Shown: positions 46,754 through 58,914, counted from the stretch's first letter. The stretch is 64,000 bases of DNA from Candidatus Limnocylindrales bacterium (GCA_038319665.1 JBBQDL010000009.1:1563-65562); one strand, 5' to 3'. Notes: generated by a model not told the origin, from the letters alone. Numbers and translations are program-made.

Positions 46754-47518
46754 TTACCGGTTCGGGACGATCCCCGTGTGCAGGGTGACGATCCCGCCGG
46801 ACATCCCGACCCAGCCAACGTCCTCGAGGCCTACCTCGCGCATGATCTCGGCGATCCGGTCGGGGCCGGGGTAGCCCTTGACGCTGCGGACGAGATAGCC
46901 GTACGCGCCACCCTGACCGGCCAGTCGACCGACGATCGGCACGATCCGGTCGAACCAGAACTGCAGGAACCGGGCGGCCCGGCTCCGCGGCCGGGCGATC
47001 TCGAGGCAGACGACCCGCCCACCGGCGCGGACGGACCGGGCGAGCTCGGCGAAGCCCGCCCGGTAGTCGGGCAGGTTGCGCATCCCGAACGCGATCGTCG
47101 CCGCGTCGAAGGACCCATCCTCGGTCGGCAGGGCGAGCGCGTCGCCGACCACGTACGTGAGGCCGGGACGATCGCCGAATCGACGCCTCGCGATCCGGAT
47201 CATGGTCGGCGAGATATCCACGCCGAGGACGCTCCCACCCGGCTGGACCCGTGCCTGGAGATCGGCCGCGACCTTGCCGGTCCCGGTCGCGACGTCGAGG
47301 ACCCGGTCGCCCGGTCGCGCGCCACTCAGCTCCACGGCGTGCCGTCGCCAGCGGGGCTCCTGGAAGGCCGAGATGGCGAGATTCATCGGGTCGTAGACGT
47401 GGGCGATCCTGTCGAACATCGCCCCGACCTCGGCGGTCGAGGCGGCGTTCCCGCCCTCGGTCGCACGGCCGGAAGGCGCCTCATCGTGAGCTGGGGTCAT
47501 GGCCCAAGCATGCGCCAT
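46754..47518 (-). CDS. ubiE: demethylmenaquinone/ubiquinone C-methyltransferase (UbiE/MenG family)
   Basis: MFDRIAHVYDPMNLAISAFQEPRWRR... and VLDVATGTGKVA motif I. Confidence 0.85.
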   Translation of the reverse strand: MAHAWAMTPAHDEAPSGRATEGGNAASTAEVGAMFDRIAHVYDPMNLAISAFQEPRWRRHAVELSGARPGDRVLDVATGTGKVAADLQARVQPGGSVLGVDISPTMIRIARRRFGDRPGLTYVVGDALALPTEDGSFDAATIAFGMRNLPDYRAGFAELARSVRAGGRVVCLEIARPRSRAARFLQFWFDRIVPIVGRLAGQGGAYGYLVRSVKGYPGPDRIAEIMREVGLEDVGWVGMSGGIVTLHTGIVPNR

Positions 47519-47642
47519 GTCGCGCGGGCCGGCCCCGCGGAGAACGTGCTAGTGCGCGGTAACACGTAGTTCCGTCCCCGGTGCTACGATTCGCTCGACG
47601 CGTCCAGTCGGGCGGTCCAAGTAGTCGCTCGGAGTCCCTCCC

Positions 47643-49694
47643 ATGCGCACGCTCGCTCGTCCCATCGGTCTCGGACTCGCCGCCCGCGGCGATGTCGATG
47701 ACGTCGTCGACTGGGCCCGAAAGGCGCGCGATCAGGGGCTCGATTCGGTCTGGGTCCACGACAGCTACTACGAGCGCGACGGCGTGACCTTCGCGACGGC
47801 GATCGCGCAGGCCATCGCCGCCGATGGCGACGGCGATGAGGCCGGTTTTCGCGTCGCGCTCGGGGCCGTCAACCCGTTCACTCGCCACCCGGTCGTCCTG
47901 GCGATGACCGGCTCGGCGCTCGACGAGATCCTGCCCGGCCGGTTCGTGATGGGCCTCGGGACCGGGCTCCCATTGCGCCTCAAGCAGATGGGGATCCCGT
48001 ACGAACCCGATGCCGCGGTCGAGGGCGTCTCGAAGGCGATGGACCAGATCCGCGCGTTATGGGCCGGCGAACGCCTGCCGTCGGCGACGCCCGGATTGCC
48101 GCCGATCCAGCCGATGTTCCCGCCGACGCACCGGATCCCGATCGTCATCGCGGCGTACCGGAAGGCGTTCGTCGAGCTTGCCGGACAGAAAGCCGACGGC
48201 TACCTCGCCCGACCGGCAGAGTCCATCCCGTCGCTGCGCGGGATCCTGGAGCGGCTGCGGGCAACGGCCGAGGCCGCCGGGCGCGATCCCGCAGCCATCG
48301 AGACCGCCGGATACCTCCTCTCGCTCGTCGACAAGACTCGCCGGGAGGCGCTCAACCGCGCCAAGCGCGAACCGTTCGTGATCTACATGATGTCGGTCCT
48401 GTCCGATGTCTCCCTGCATCGGGCCGGATTCGACCCCGACCTTCGCGACCGGATCGCGACCGCCTGGCGCGCGGAGGACTACACGACCGCCGGCAACCTC
48501 ATCCCCGACGACCTGCTCGATGCGTTTCTCCTGTGCGGTACGCGTGAGGACGTGGCCGCCGGCGCGATGGCCTTCCACGTCGAGACCGGCTTGCAGCTGC
48601 CGCTCCTCCAGCCCGTCCTCCAGGAGGACCGCCAGATCGATGAGCTGATCGCCGCGGCGGCGATCTTCGCGTCGGTCCCCGACGGGTCGGTGGCCACCGC
48701 GCCCGGCGCGCGTGTCCCGGTCGCGGTCGGCGGGGACGCCGTCCGGCTCAGCCTCGCCGAAGACCGGCAGCTCGGCCTGGGCGATCGCCTTCGCCGTCGA
48801 GCCGGGGCGGTCTACGAGATCGTCCGGCCCTTCGCGTTCACGGCCTCGGTGATCCCGGTCCTGGCCGGGGCGGCGCTCGCCTGGGTCAACGAGCTGTGGA
48901 GCTGGGCTCCGTTCATCGCCGCGCTGCTCGGCGCCGTCTTCCTCCACGCCGGTACGAACATCGTCAACGAGGTCTACGACGTCAGGAAGGGGGTCGATAC
49001 GATCACCAGTCCACGAGCCAGCCATGCGATCGTCAAGGGCCGGATCAGCGAGCGCTCCGCCCTCGGGCTCGCGGGAATCGCGTTCGCGCTCGCGGTGGTG
49101 GTCGGCCTCTACCTCGTGTGGCTCCGTGGGCCGGCCATCGTCGCCCTCGGGCTCATCGGCCTGCTCGGCGGCTGGGGCTATACCGCGCCGCCGCTCGAGT
49201 ACAAGAATCGGGCGCTCGGCGTCCCGCTCGTCTTCCTGCTGATGGGTCCGCTCATGGTCGAGGGCGCGTACTTCGCGGTCAGCGGGACCTGGTCCCTGAC
49301 GGCGCTGGTCCTCTCGGTCCCGGTCGGGCTGCTCGTGGCGGCGATCCTCCACGGCAACGATTGGCGCGACATCCGCGAGGACAGCCGGGCCGGCATCGCG
49401 ACGATCTCCACCCGGCTCGGCCAGCGTTGGGCCCATTACGGGTACGTGGGACTGGTCCTGGGCGCCTACATCGTGCTGGCGCTATCGGTCATCGCCCGCG
49501 TCCTGCCGGCCTGGACGATGCTCGCGATCCTGTCCCTGCCATTCCTCGCCCAGGTCATCCGCTCCGCGGAGCTGGGCGCGACCGGCCAGGCGCGAGCGAT
49601 CGCGATGATCGACCTGCAGACGGCACGGCTGCACCTCGCCTTCGGGTCACTGCTCGTCCTCGGGCTGGTGCTCTCGAGGGTGGCCGGTGGCTGA
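47643..49694 (+). CDS. fusion protein: LLM-class flavin/F420-dependent oxidoreductase (N-terminal) and MenA/UbiA-family prenyltransferase (C-terminal)
   Basis: Single 683-aa ORF. The N-terminal roughly 345 aa are luciferase-like TIM-barrel-like sequence. The C-terminal roughly 300 aa are polytopic, with NEVYDVRKGVD and NDWRDIREDSRAG Asp-rich motifs. Confidence 0.8.
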   Translation: MRTLARPIGLGLAARGDVDDVVDWARKARDQGLDSVWVHDSYYERDGVTFATAIAQAIAADGDGDEAGFRVALGAVNPFTRHPVVLAMTGSALDEILPGRFVMGLGTGLPLRLKQMGIPYEPDAAVEGVSKAMDQIRALWAGERLPSATPGLPPIQPMFPPTHRIPIVIAAYRKAFVELAGQKADGYLARPAESIPSLRGILERLRATAEAAGRDPAAIETAGYLLSLVDKTRREALNRAKREPFVIYMMSVLSDVSLHRAGFDPDLRDRIATAWRAEDYTTAGNLIPDDLLDAFLLCGTREDVAAGAMAFHVETGLQLPLLQPVLQEDRQIDELIAAAAIFASVPDGSVATAPGARVPVAVGGDAVRLSLAEDRQLGLGDRLRRRAGAVYEIVRPFAFTASVIPVLAGAALAWVNELWSWAPFIAALLGAVFLHAGTNIVNEVYDVRKGVDTITSPRASHAIVKGRISERSALGLAGIAFALAVVVGLYLVWLRGPAIVALGLIGLLGGWGYTAPPLEYKNRALGVPLVFLLMGPLMVEGAYFAVSGTWSLTALVLSVPVGLLVAAILHGNDWRDIREDSRAGIATISTRLGQRWAHYGYVGLVLGAYIVLALSVIARVLPAWTMLAILSLPFLAQVIRSAELGATGQARAIAMIDLQTARLHLAFGSLLVLGLVLSRVAGG

Positions 49695-50376
49695 CCGGCC
49701 CGCCATGGGTCGAGAGGTCGTGCCGGGCGCGCTCGCGGTCGGCCTGATCGCGGCCCAGGCGGGGTTCGCCGCGACGTTCCGTGGTCCGCGCGAACGGTTC
49801 TGGCAGCGGATGACGCTGACGGGGCTGGGGCTCGGGTCGCTGGCGTTGCTCAGCAGCCGGCCTGCCCGGCGGACGCGGATCGGCCGCACCGAGGTTGCCC
49901 TCGGGCTCGCCTCGGCGGCGGCGCTGTACGGGACCTTCCGGGTCGGTGACGCCTTCGCGCGACGCTACGTGCCGAGCGGCGATGCCGAGATCCGCGACAT
50001 CTACACGCTGCGGACGATTCGTCCGAGGGCCGAGATCGCCGCTCGCCTGGCGACGATCATCGGTCCGGCCGAGGAGCTCTTCTGGCGCGGTCTCGTGCAA
50101 GCGGCCCTGATGCACCGGTACGGGCGCTGGCACGGGGCCGCGTTGGCCGCCATGGCCTATGGCGGCGTCCACATCGTGACCGGCAACTTCACGCTGTTCG
50201 GCGCGGCCGGGATCGCCGGCGCGCACTGGTGCGCGCTCTATGCGGCAGGGGTGCCGCTCGGGGCGCTTGTCGTCAGCCACGTCACCTGGGACGTCTGGAT
50301 CTTCCTCATCCAGCCGACCGGGGAGATCGCGCCGATCGCGCCGATCGCGCCGATCGCGGGTGCCACGGGGGCCTGA
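49687..50376 (+). CDS. CPBP family intramembrane glutamic endopeptidase (CAAX protease-like)
   Basis: EELFWRGLV (EExxxR), ...YGGVHIV..., ...SHVTWD... GTG 49687 overlaps the preceding stop (alternative ATG at 49705). Confidence 0.75.
   Translation: MADRPAMGREVVPGALAVGLIAAQAGFAATFRGPRERFWQRMTLTGLGLGSLALLSSRPARRTRIGRTEVALGLASAAALYGTFRVGDAFARRYVPSGDAEIRDIYTLRTIRPRAEIAARLATIIGPAEELFWRGLVQAALMHRYGRWHGAALAAMAYGGVHIVTGNFTLFGAAGIAGAHWCALYAAGVPLGALVVSHVTWDVWIFLIQPTGEIAPIAPIAPIAGATGA
50326..50358 (+). repeat. 9-bp tandem repeat (ATCGCGCCG, about 3.7 copies) encoding (IAP)3IAG at the C-terminus of the CPBP protein
   Basis: Read directly: atcgcgccg atcgcgccg atcgcgccg atcgcg. Confidence 0.85.
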
Positions 50377-50423
50377 GTACCCGGCATAAGCGAGCGTGCA
50401 GGACCCGCGTTCATGCTCGCCGG

Positions 50424-51155
50424 ATGGACGCCATCCGCTTTGGTCTCGGCATCAGGGCTCTGCGTCGAAAACGCGCGTGGACCCAAGATCTGGTCGCGGC
50501 GAGGGCGCACGTCTCGCGGACAGCCGTCTGGCGAGTCGAGCGGGGGCACGCCGATCGGGTTGCCGTGCACGTCCTTGTGCGCGTCGCGGCGGCGCTCGGC
50601 GCGCGGATCGATCTTCGGCTCCTCTGGCAAGGGCAGGGTCTGCATCGGCTGCTCGATTCGAGTCACGCCGATCTCATCGAGCGGATGCTCGGATTGCTGA
50701 CCGCAAGCGACTGGCTGGTCGCGACCGAGGTTTCGTTCAATATCCGGGGTGAACGAGGATCGATCGACATCTTGGCATTCCATCCGGCAACCGGCTCACT
50801 GCTTGTCATCGAGATCAAGTCGGTGGTGCCCGACATGCAAGCGATGCTCGGCGGGATCGACCGCAAGGCCCGGCTCGCGCGAGAGATCGCGAGGGAACGC
50901 GGTTGGCGGGTCACCGATGTCACCCGGCTGCTGGTGTTTCCCGACGACCGTACATCGCGGCGGCGGGTCGAACGCCACGGAGCCACCTTCCGATCGGCCT
51001 TGCCTGCACGAACCGCCGAGGTTCGCCGCTGGCTCCGGCACCCTGAAGGCACGATGAATGGCGTGCTGTTCTTGTCAGATGCTCACCACGCGAGCGCTCG
51101 TCACCGCGTCTCGCACCGACCGCCCGGACGACACACTGATCCCAAGCTTGGTTAG
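50424..51155 (+). CDS. XRE-type helix-turn-helix protein with C-terminal PD-(D/E)xK nuclease-like domain
   Basis: HTH: LRRKRAWTQDLVAARAHVSRTAVWRVERGH. C-terminal: ...ATEVSF...GSIDILAFHP...LLVIEIKS, an E...D...ExK arrangement. The region is more A/T-rich than its flanks. Confidence 0.65.
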   Translation: MDAIRFGLGIRALRRKRAWTQDLVAARAHVSRTAVWRVERGHADRVAVHVLVRVAAALGARIDLRLLWQGQGLHRLLDSSHADLIERMLGLLTASDWLVATEVSFNIRGERGSIDILAFHPATGSLLVIEIKSVVPDMQAMLGGIDRKARLAREIARERGWRVTDVTRLLVFPDDRTSRRRVERHGATFRSALPARTAEVRRWLRHPEGTMNGVLFLSDAHHASARHRVSHRPPGRHTDPKLG

Positions 51156-51311
51156 GGATCATCGGTCGTCTTGATCCTGTCAGATGCTCGCCAAATGAGC
51201 TGACCGCCAGGAAACGGCTGACCAACGCTCGTGTGACGAGCATTTGTCAGCACGGGCGAGCGGGACGGGCCGGCGGCGACACGCGCCGGCCCTTCCCAGC
51301 CGGGAATCCAA

Positions 51312-51337
51312 ACGGCCCGCGGTTTCCCGCGGGCCGT
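51312..51337 (-). terminator. rho-independent terminator candidate downstream of dnaK (hairpin usable in both directions)
   Basis: ACGGCCCGCGG-tttc-CCGCGGGCCGT forms an 11-bp GC-rich stem. On the minus strand it is followed by TTGGATT. Confidence 0.5.
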
Positions 51338-51362
51338 CCTGATCTGCGAGGTCCGGAGGGGC

Positions 51363-53315
<1,953 letters not shown>

Positions 53316-53345
53316 GTCGATGAAAACTCCTTGGTGTCTTGGGTG

Positions 53346-53909
53346 TCAGGAAGTGGTGGAGTCGTTGTGGGTGGCGACGGCGACGAGCGCCGGTCGGATG
53401 ACGCGGTCCCGGAGGCGGTAGCCGTGCCGGATCTCCTCGACGATCTCGCCGTCGGCCCGACCGTCGGCCGCGATGTTGGCGATCGCCTCGTGCTCGCGGG
53501 GGTCGAACGCCCGACCCGGCGAGGCGTCGATCTCGGTCACGCCCTCGCTCTCGAGCAGCTGGCGGAGCTTGCGATCGATGGCGGCGATGCCCTCGAACCA
53601 GGCGTCCTCGGCGATCGAAGCCGGGCGCGCCTCGATGGCGCGGTCGAAGTCGTCGGCGACCGCGAGGACCTTGCGGATGAGGTCCTCACCGGCCAGCCCA
53701 AGGTCGCGCATCCGCTCCTCGCTCGAGCGGCGCTTGAAGTTCTGGAACTCGGCGCGCTCGCGCTGCAGAGCGAGGAGGTACTCGTCGGCGGTGGCGAGGG
53801 CTGCGTCGCGCTCGGTCTTGAGCGCTTCGATCTGGGCGAGCAGGGCGGTCGGCGAGATATCGATCTCGTCGGCGCGCTCCTGGGCGCGGGTGCGGGGTCG
53901 TTCAGGCAT
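53346..53909 (-). CDS. grpE: nucleotide exchange factor GrpE
   Basis: ...LQRERAEFQNFKRR... and C-terminal ...GYRLRDRVIRPALV. Overlaps the hrcA stop. Confidence 0.9.
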   Translation of the reverse strand: MPERPRTRAQERADEIDISPTALLAQIEALKTERDAALATADEYLLALQRERAEFQNFKRRSSEERMRDLGLAGEDLIRKVLAVADDFDRAIEARPASIAEDAWFEGIAAIDRKLRQLLESEGVTEIDASPGRAFDPREHEAIANIAADGRADGEIVEEIRHGYRLRDRVIRPALVAVATHNDSTTS

Positions 53910-54987
53910 AGAGGTGCTCCACCAATTCGTTCATGAGACCGGACACGAAGCGGACCGTGCCGATCGCCTGTGAGTAGGACATGCGGGTCGGACCGAGGAC
54001 GCCCACGACGCCGATCGCGTGCCCGGGCCGCCCATAGGGGGCCAGCACGAGCGAGACATCGCGCATGTCGAACGGCTGGTTCTCGTGTCCGATGAAGACC
54101 TGGATCTGGCCGGCTCCGGCGACGCTGCCGATGAGCTGGCCGAGGTAGGCCCGGTTCTCGAGCGCGGAGAAGACGCGCCGGAGCTTGTCGCTCTGGGCGA
54201 ACTCGGGCGCCTCCATCACGTTGAGCAGGCCGTCGCTGAAGACCTCCTCGATGGCCGCGGCGTCGTACTCGCGGACGACCTTGACCACCCGCTCGCCGAC
54301 CCGCCGGGCGAGCTGCTCGACGCGATCATCGTCTCGCAGGGAGGCGAGCCTCGTCTGGGCGCGCGACGCCGTCATGCCCGCCAGTCGCTCGTTGAGGATG
54401 GCCGCGACGGCGTTGAGCGAGGGCTGGTCGATCGGTTCGTCAGCGTCGAGGGTCACCAGCGCCTGCTTGATGGCGCCCTCGCGGAGGACGAGGATGAGGC
54501 TGGCCATCCGTTCGTTGATGGCGACACGGTCGTTCCGGCGGATGTGCGCGTCGCGCGGCTTGGCGGGCGTGGCCAGGCCCGCCGCGCGGGTGACCGAGGC
54601 GAGCGTCGTCGCGGCGAGGCGGAACCAGTGCTCGCTGGCGAACTCGACCTGGCCGAACTGGTGGCGGATCATGAGTTGCTCGACGGCCGGCAGCGGGATC
54701 GCCTCGGTGATCGACTCGACGTAGAAGCGGTAGCCCGCGTCGGTCGGGATTCGCCCGGCCGAAGTGTGCGGGTGGGTCAGGAGGCCGTTCGCCTCGAGCT
54801 CGGCGAGGATGCTCCGGACCGTCGCGCTGGACACGCCAAGACCGTAGCGCTCGACGAGCGCCTGACTGCCGACCGGCGTCGCGGTCGTGACGTATTCCTC
54901 GATGACGGCCCGAAGGATCGACTGCATGCGAAGGTCCAGGGGGCCGAGTGGGCGACGATTCCGACGCGCCAAGGGCCGATCTCCCAA
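53902..54987 (-). CDS. hrcA: heat-inducible transcription repressor HrcA
   Basis: ILRAVIEEYVTTATPVGSQALVERYGLGVSSATVRSILAELE. The start is uncertain: TTG 54987, TTG 54972 (GGGAG 8 nt upstream) or ATG 54927. Confidence 0.9.
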   Translation of the reverse strand: MGDRPLARRNRRPLGPLDLRMQSILRAVIEEYVTTATPVGSQALVERYGLGVSSATVRSILAELEANGLLTHPHTSAGRIPTDAGYRFYVESITEAIPLPAVEQLMIRHQFGQVEFASEHWFRLAATTLASVTRAAGLATPAKPRDAHIRRNDRVAINERMASLILVLREGAIKQALVTLDADEPIDQPSLNAVAAILNERLAGMTASRAQTRLASLRDDDRVEQLARRVGERVVKVVREYDAAAIEEVFSDGLLNVMEAPEFAQSDKLRRVFSALENRAYLGQLIGSVAGAGQIQVFIGHENQPFDMRDVSLVLAPYGRPGHAIGVVGVLGPTRMSYSQAIGTVRFVSGLMNELVEHLYA

Positions 54988-54991
54988 GTGG

Positions 54992-55018
54992 TTAGCACTC
55001 GATGGTGGAGAGTGCTAA
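54992..55018 (-). promoter_or_regulatory. CIRCE operator (HrcA binding site)
   Basis: TTAGCACTC-gatggtgga-GAGTGCTAA is a perfect match to the CIRCE consensus TTAGCACTC-N9-GAGTGCTAA, immediately upstream of hrcA. Confidence 0.92.
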
Positions 55019-55073
55019 CGGGCTGCGGGCATCGTAGCAGTCTCCGGGACCGAGTGTCAACGATGCCGGGCCT

Positions 55074-56315
55074 TCACACCAGTCGCGAGAAGAGTTCGTT
55101 GGAGAGTAGCCGGCCGCGCGTGGTCAGGACGATCCGGTCGTCCTCGGTCGCCTCGAGGAGTTCCGCCGCGAGAGCCCACCCGAAGACGTCATCGAGCGGC
55201 GGCTCGTGAGCCGCAGCCATGGCCACGCCCCGGTCGGTGCGCAGGCCGAGGATGACCGTCTCGGCCGCGGCCGTCGCCGGATCGATGGCCTCGGATCCGC
55301 CCGGCGGGAGGCCGGGGGCGCCCCCGTGGGCCGGGGTGAGCGCTGCGACGTAGCCGTCGAGACGGGCCGCGTTCCAGCGCCGCGTTGCCCCGTCGAACGC
55401 GTGCGCGCCTGGACCGACCGCCTCGTACGGCCGCCGCTGCCAGTAGACCAGGTTGTGCCGGCTCTCGTGCCCGGGCCTCGCCCAGTTGCTGATCTCGTAG
55501 CCGCGCCAGCCGTCCTCGGCGAGACGATGGACGGCGTGGTGGTACTCGGCCGCCGCCCGGTCCTCATCCTGGCGGGGGCGAGCGTCGGCGCGCCAGCGAC
55601 GGGCCCCGGCCCGGGTCGGCAGATGGTCGCCGCCTGGCCCGGTCAGCCCCTCGGCGTCGGGGTCGTCGAGCGTCAGCGCGTAGAGCGAGAGGTGGTCGGG
55701 ATCGAGGGCAAGCGCGGCATCGAGCGTCTCGATCCAGTCGACGAGTGACGTGTCCGGGGCGTCGTACAGGAGGTCGAGGCTGATCGACCCGATGCCGCCT
55801 TCGCGCGCTTCGGCGACGGCCCTGACCACGTCCACGACGCGATGGCGACGGCCCAGCCGGCGGAGCCCGGCCGCCGACATGGATTGGGCGCCGATCGAGA
55901 GCCGGGTCACGCCGGCCGCGCGAAACGCCCGGGCATCGCCGCGATCGTCCGGACCCGGGTTGGACTCCAGCGTCACCTCGGCGCGGGCGGCCACGCCATA
56001 CCGTGACCGGACCACGTCCAGCAGCCGGGCGACCGTGTCGGCCGGCAGGAGCGACGGCGTCCCGCCGCCCAGATAGACCGTCTGGAGGGCCGGGCGGCGC
56101 GCCCCGAAGGCCGCGTCCAGGGCATCGGCCCGGAGGCCCAGCTCAGTCTCGAGCGCAGCGAGGAAGGCACCCACCCGTGACCGCGGTCCGCGTGCAGCGG
56201 CCCCCGCGTAGACCACGAAATCGCAGTACGGGCAGAGCGAGACGCAGAACGGGATATGGATGTAGAGCGCGACCGGGGGAGCCGTGGTGGTCGGAGCCGC
56301 CGCGGTCGGGGCCAC
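55074..56315 (-). CDS. hemW: radical SAM heme chaperone HemW (oxygen-independent coproporphyrinogen-III oxidase-like)
   Basis: LYIHIPFCVSLCPYCDF (CxxxCxxC), ...YLGGGTPSLL... Start set to GTG 56315, just below the upstream stop. Confidence 0.85.
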   Translation of the reverse strand: MAPTAAAPTTTAPPVALYIHIPFCVSLCPYCDFVVYAGAAARGPRSRVGAFLAALETELGLRADALDAAFGARRPALQTVYLGGGTPSLLPADTVARLLDVVRSRYGVAARAEVTLESNPGPDDRGDARAFRAAGVTRLSIGAQSMSAAGLRRLGRRHRVVDVVRAVAEAREGGIGSISLDLLYDAPDTSLVDWIETLDAALALDPDHLSLYALTLDDPDAEGLTGPGGDHLPTRAGARRWRADARPRQDEDRAAAEYHHAVHRLAEDGWRGYEISNWARPGHESRHNLVYWQRRPYEAVGPGAHAFDGATRRWNAARLDGYVAALTPAHGGAPGLPPGGSEAIDPATAAAETVILGLRTDRGVAMAAAHEPPLDDVFGWALAAELLEATEDDRIVLTTRGRLLSNELFSRLV

Positions 56316-56317
56316 CG

Positions 56318-57088
56318 TCAGCGGTCCCGCGAACTCGACTCCCGCGACCCGATGACTCGCCAGCCCTCGGGTGGGCGACGACGCTTCTCGATCTCCTCGA
56401 CCTCCCGGCCGCGCGGCTTGGTCTGGCCGGTGTGGCCGGTGCACAGGAAGACCGCGAAACGGGTGATGGCGTGGCCCACGAAGGCCGCCGCGATCCCGCC
56501 CGTGATGACCGTCAGCCAACCGCCGACGAGCCCCATCCCCAGGGTGAGGCCGAGCAGGTAGCGATCGCGCCCGGGTGCGGCCAGCCGGGTCGTCAACGTG
56601 TAGATGAGCGCCTGGGCGATGTTGGCCAGCGTCGGGTTGGCGCCGGCCAGCAGGAGCAGACCGAACAGGGCGCCACGGAACGCGGCCTCGTCGATGAACG
56701 CGGTGGCCGTCGAGTTGAGCAGGGCGCCCGGATAGGACTCCGGGTCGGGGAAGCGGATCCGGTGGTAGCGATAGGTGGCGAAGCTGACCGCGATGACGAT
56801 GCCCAGGACGCCGTACGCGATCCCGCCGAGGACCGCCCCGAGCCGGTTGCCCGACCCGAGGAAGAGATCGACCTGCGGCGCCGGGTGGATGAACAGGATG
56901 GCGACCGCGATCCCGAACCCGAGGCCGTACCACGCCAGCCTCCGCCGGACCCGCGGCCGCTCGCCGTCGGCCGTCGCCTCGTAGTACTCGGCGGTGCCGA
57001 ATTTCTCCGCATCGAGGCGGAGCATGATCAGGAGGAACGTCAGGCCGATCGCGATGAGCGACCGGGCGAGGGTCTCGAACTCTTCCAT
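56318..57088 (-). CDS. polytopic membrane protein, CPBP-like (variant motif DEAAFRG)
   Basis: MEEFETLARSLIAIGLTFLLIML... with 6-7 TM helices. FIDEAAFRGALFG and FVGHAITRF resemble CPBP motifs 1 and 3. Confidence 0.6.
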   Translation of the reverse strand: MEEFETLARSLIAIGLTFLLIMLRLDAEKFGTAEYYEATADGERPRVRRRLAWYGLGFGIAVAILFIHPAPQVDLFLGSGNRLGAVLGGIAYGVLGIVIAVSFATYRYHRIRFPDPESYPGALLNSTATAFIDEAAFRGALFGLLLLAGANPTLANIAQALIYTLTTRLAAPGRDRYLLGLTLGMGLVGGWLTVITGGIAAAFVGHAITRFAVFLCTGHTGQTKPRGREVEEIEKRRRPPEGWRVIGSRESSSRDR

Positions 57089-57096
57089 CGGGCGGC

Positions 57097-58910
<1,814 letters not shown>

Positions 58911-58914
<4 letters not shown>

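Noticed and set aside
50326-50358. Short tandem repeats (9-bp x3.7 here; 12-bp x3 at 63271..63306) as CRISPR-like or regulatory arrays.
   Set aside because: There are no spacers, the units are multiples of 3, and both lie in frame within coding sequence, encoding (IAP)n and (ATAK)n. They are ordinary low-complexity coding repeats.
42205-51362. The dnaK-dnaJ intervening block as a prophage, integrative element or transposon.
   Set aside because: No integrase, recombinase, transposase, tRNA attachment site, phage structural gene or flanking long direct or inverted repeats could be found. The contents are metabolic, transport and repair genes. It is reported only as a synteny break.
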